This document shows positions 61,915 to 64,000 of a DNA stretch of 64,000 nt, piece after piece. Numbering within the stretch: the first letter of the stretch is position 1; each line of letters starts with the position of its first letter. Location: the NCBI GenBank assembly GCA_963663965.2, contig CAXXFK010000036.1, forward strand, positions 32,001-96,000, written 5' to 3'. A program made the position numbers and the translations under genes. The notes beneath the pieces were generated by a model. It was not told the origin of the DNA and ran no database searches. It worked only from the letters and a program-made list of their open reading frames with translations. The DNA is from Sedimentisphaerales bacterium (GTDB lineage Bacteria; Planctomycetota; Phycisphaerae; Sedimentisphaerales; SM23-30).

Positions 61915-63151
61915 AGGATATCGGATTATCTTGTCTGAACGCGTGATTCAACGCCTTGTCCAGTCTGTTAATTGTTTCGATGCAAGCGCGACCGTTGTGA
62001 TAGGGGCATTTCCATTGCGATATTTTGGGCAGCGTTAAATCGGGCTGACCATCGGCATCGGTTTTCCAGAACCATTCACCGAATTTCCGGTCGACCTGGT
62101 AATTCTGAATGTATTGCCAGACCTGCCAGGCGGCATCCAGAAAAGAATTGTCCTGACTGATTTGCCAGGCATTCAGGAAACCAACGACAGCTTCCGCCTG
62201 GGCCCAGAAATGCTTTTCGCAGATTAGTTTACCATTGCTGTCTGTTTCATTGATCAGTCCGCCGAGGCGGTCCAATGCCTGTTCCTTGACTGCGCGAGCC
62301 ATATCGATGGCAATTGAGGCCATGGTTTCAATCAGGCTCTGGTCATTTAACTGGCAGGCCGCATGGTAAAGCAGCCAACTGCCTTCTATGTCATGGCCGA
62401 ATGAAATTTCAGAGGCACAGGAAGTCCAGTCATTCGAAAAAAAGAGGCGAAAATGATAGGTGTCAGGATCAATAATATGAGATAAAAAAAGTTCAATGAG
62501 TGTTCTTAACCGGTCAGCCAGATGACTGTTTTTCCAAACCGCATAGAGATGCGCATAGGCTTCCAGAATATGCAAATGATTATTCATGGACTTGGGGGTG
62601 TCCATGTCTTTATCACTGAGTTGCTGGTTCTGGGAAAGTTTCCAGTCTCGCTCTAAAACTTCATGATAACCATCGAAGTATGGGTCGCGCGCATATTGCT
62701 CTATCAGGGTAAAGAGGTTACGGGCTTTTTGAAGCGCGAGTTGATCACCAGTGAGAAGATAATATTCGGTGAGCGCGTAGATATAAAAAGCCTGGCCGTA
62801 GGTTTTTTTGTGCGAATCGACAGGATGGTTATCTGGATCAACCAGCCAGTATCCGCCCTGATGTTCCGGATCATCAAAACAAGAGGTTAAGGTATGATAG
62901 GCTCGGTGTGCCAGTTCCCGACAGGATTGGCGGTTGGTAAAACGGGCAAAAGCAGAAAAGGCCTGGAGCAGACGGGTGTTGAGGATCAAGCCGTGATGGG
63001 CCTGGGGTGTTTCCTCCAAATCATTGCTCAATTGGGCCTTGAAACCGTTATGATAAGGATCGGGACTGTATTTAAGCCAGAACGCAATGATATTGTCGTT
63101 GAGTTCGGCCAGAACCTGTGAGCGAAATCGATGGATAAAATTTTCATTCAT
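61901..63151 (-). CDS. Cellobiose/mannobiose 2-epimerase (AGE family)
   Basis: K.TYGQAF.IY.L.EY, KSMN.HLHILEAY, SFGHDIEGSWLL, W.QAEA.VGF, WKCPYHNGR. Confidence 0.92.
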   Translation of the reverse strand: MNENFIHRFRSQVLAELNDNIIAFWLKYSPDPYHNGFKAQLSNDLEETPQAHHGLILNTRLLQAFSAFARFTNRQSCRELAHRAYHTLTSCFDDPEHQGGYWLVDPDNHPVDSHKKTYGQAFYIYALTEYYLLTGDQLALQKARNLFTLIEQYARDPYFDGYHEVLERDWKLSQNQQLSDKDMDTPKSMNNHLHILEAYAHLYAVWKNSHLADRLRTLIELFLSHIIDPDTYHFRLFFSNDWTSCASEISFGHDIEGSWLLYHAACQLNDQSLIETMASIAIDMARAVKEQALDRLGGLINETDSNGKLICEKHFWAQAEAVVGFLNAWQISQDNSFLDAAWQVWQYIQNYQVDRKFGEWFWKTDADGQPDLTLPKISQWKCPYHNGRACIETINRLDKALNHAFRQDNPISYEQN

Positions 63152-63155
63152 CAGT

Positions 63156-64000
63156 TCAGTTTTTCGTGGTTGGATTTTGAGCTTCACAGACCGGTTCTGT
63201 TGCCAGCTTATCATACCAGTTTGATTTCAGGAAAATCGAACTGGCGATCAGGACGATCGAGGTCAGCGCAAATCCCTGCCAGTTACGGAGGATCAGATAG
63301 ATCGGTAAGACACATAAGCACACCTGCCAGATAATGCCAACAATGATGTTGATCCAATCACGCCAGGCATTGCGATTCGTATCAAAAACTACACCTTCGG
63401 CACGTAATGATTGAATAACAGGCTGCCACCATCCCCATGGTCTGGTTTTTAGATAAAATGATTGCAGGACTGACATGTTTTGAGGTTTCGTCAGCAGGGT
63501 GGTGATAATCGAGACCAGACCGCTCAGCGTCAGAATGATCGGAAATGTGTTGAGGGGTAACATGTCGGGCAGCAGTTTGGGGAAAACCAGTGCGGCGGCA
63601 ATACCTGTGATCATACCGGCGAAATAACCGGCGCCATTGAACCGCCACCAATACCATTTTAACACATTGGGGGCTATATAACCGCCATAAAGCCCGGCCA
63701 CAATCCACTGAAGAATATCGTTGATCGATTTGGTCATAAATCCAAAACAAATCCCGACTATGACAACCAGGATAGAACTCAGGTAGCTGAACCAGACCAG
63801 GCTTTTGGAAGAGGCCTGGGGATTGACATAACGCTGGTAAATATCTTTGACAATATAGGATGCCCCTGAATTTACCGTGCAGTCAAATGTACTCATAAAC
63901 GCCGCCAGGAGGCCCGCCAGAATGAAACCCATCAAACCGGTCGGGATAAAATGATTGATGACATAGGGCATGATTTGTTCGAAATCGACTTTATCCCCCA
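63156..64000 (-). CDS. Sodium:solute symporter (5' part outside the window)
   Basis: P.GL.G...AGLLAAFMSTF, Y.V.DIY, LKWYWWRFNG.GYF.GM, FY....P.G.W; upstream of epimerase/phosphorylase. Confidence 0.9.
   Translation of the reverse strand, partial: GDKVDFEQIMPYVINHFIPTGLMGFILAGLLAAFMSTFDCTVNSGASYIVKDIYQRYVNPQASSKSLVWFSYLSSILVVIVGICFGFMTKSINDILQWIVAGLYGGYIAPNVLKWYWWRFNGAGYFAGMITGIAAALVFPKLLPDMLPLNTFPIILTLSGLVSIITTLLTKPQNMSVLQSFYLKTRPWGWWQPVIQSLRAEGVVFDTNRNAWRDWINIIVGIIWQVCLCVLPIYLILRNWQGFALTSIVLIASSIFLKSNWYDKLATEPVCEAQNPTTKN

Overview
A 64-kb bacterial chromosomal segment. It is probably from a Planctomycetota genome (Phycisphaerae/Sedimentisphaerales-like), inferred from dockerin-like C-terminal tails, a VPxP-type PEP-CTERM protein, a Gly/Met-rich giant secretin, a sulfatase fusion and a BlaI/M56 pair. 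Main contents: (1) a minus-strand type IV pilus/T2SS-like operon (pilM-N-O-[P-like]-B-T-C plus three minor pilins; the last has ~8 single-base frameshifts that look like sequencing errors), with a candidate cognate secretin ~41 kb away; (2) a divergent two-gene unit encoding a ParA ATPase fused to a CBM48/AMPK-type glycogen-binding domain and an uncharacterised partner; (3) carbohydrate genes: sulfatase fusion, GH32 with an apparently circularly permuted LamG insert, beta-helix protein and a beta-mannan cluster (GH5-like, GH130 phosphorylase, 2-epimerase, SSS transporter, LacI); (4) glyA and an FAD/Fe-S oxidoreductase; (5) a four-gene unit: second pilM, membrane GrpE-like, lid-less Hsp70, atypical J-like protein; (6) blaI/blaR1-like genes with a perfect sigma70 promoter overlapped by a palindromic operator; (7) tsaB-dgt-aminopeptidase P; (8) two fold-back MITE-like elements. 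I saw no tRNA, rRNA, CRISPR array or transposase. Best candidates for undescribed systems are the ParA-CBM48/partner pair and the pilM-GrpE-Hsp70-J unit. All product calls come from motif recognition, not database searches.
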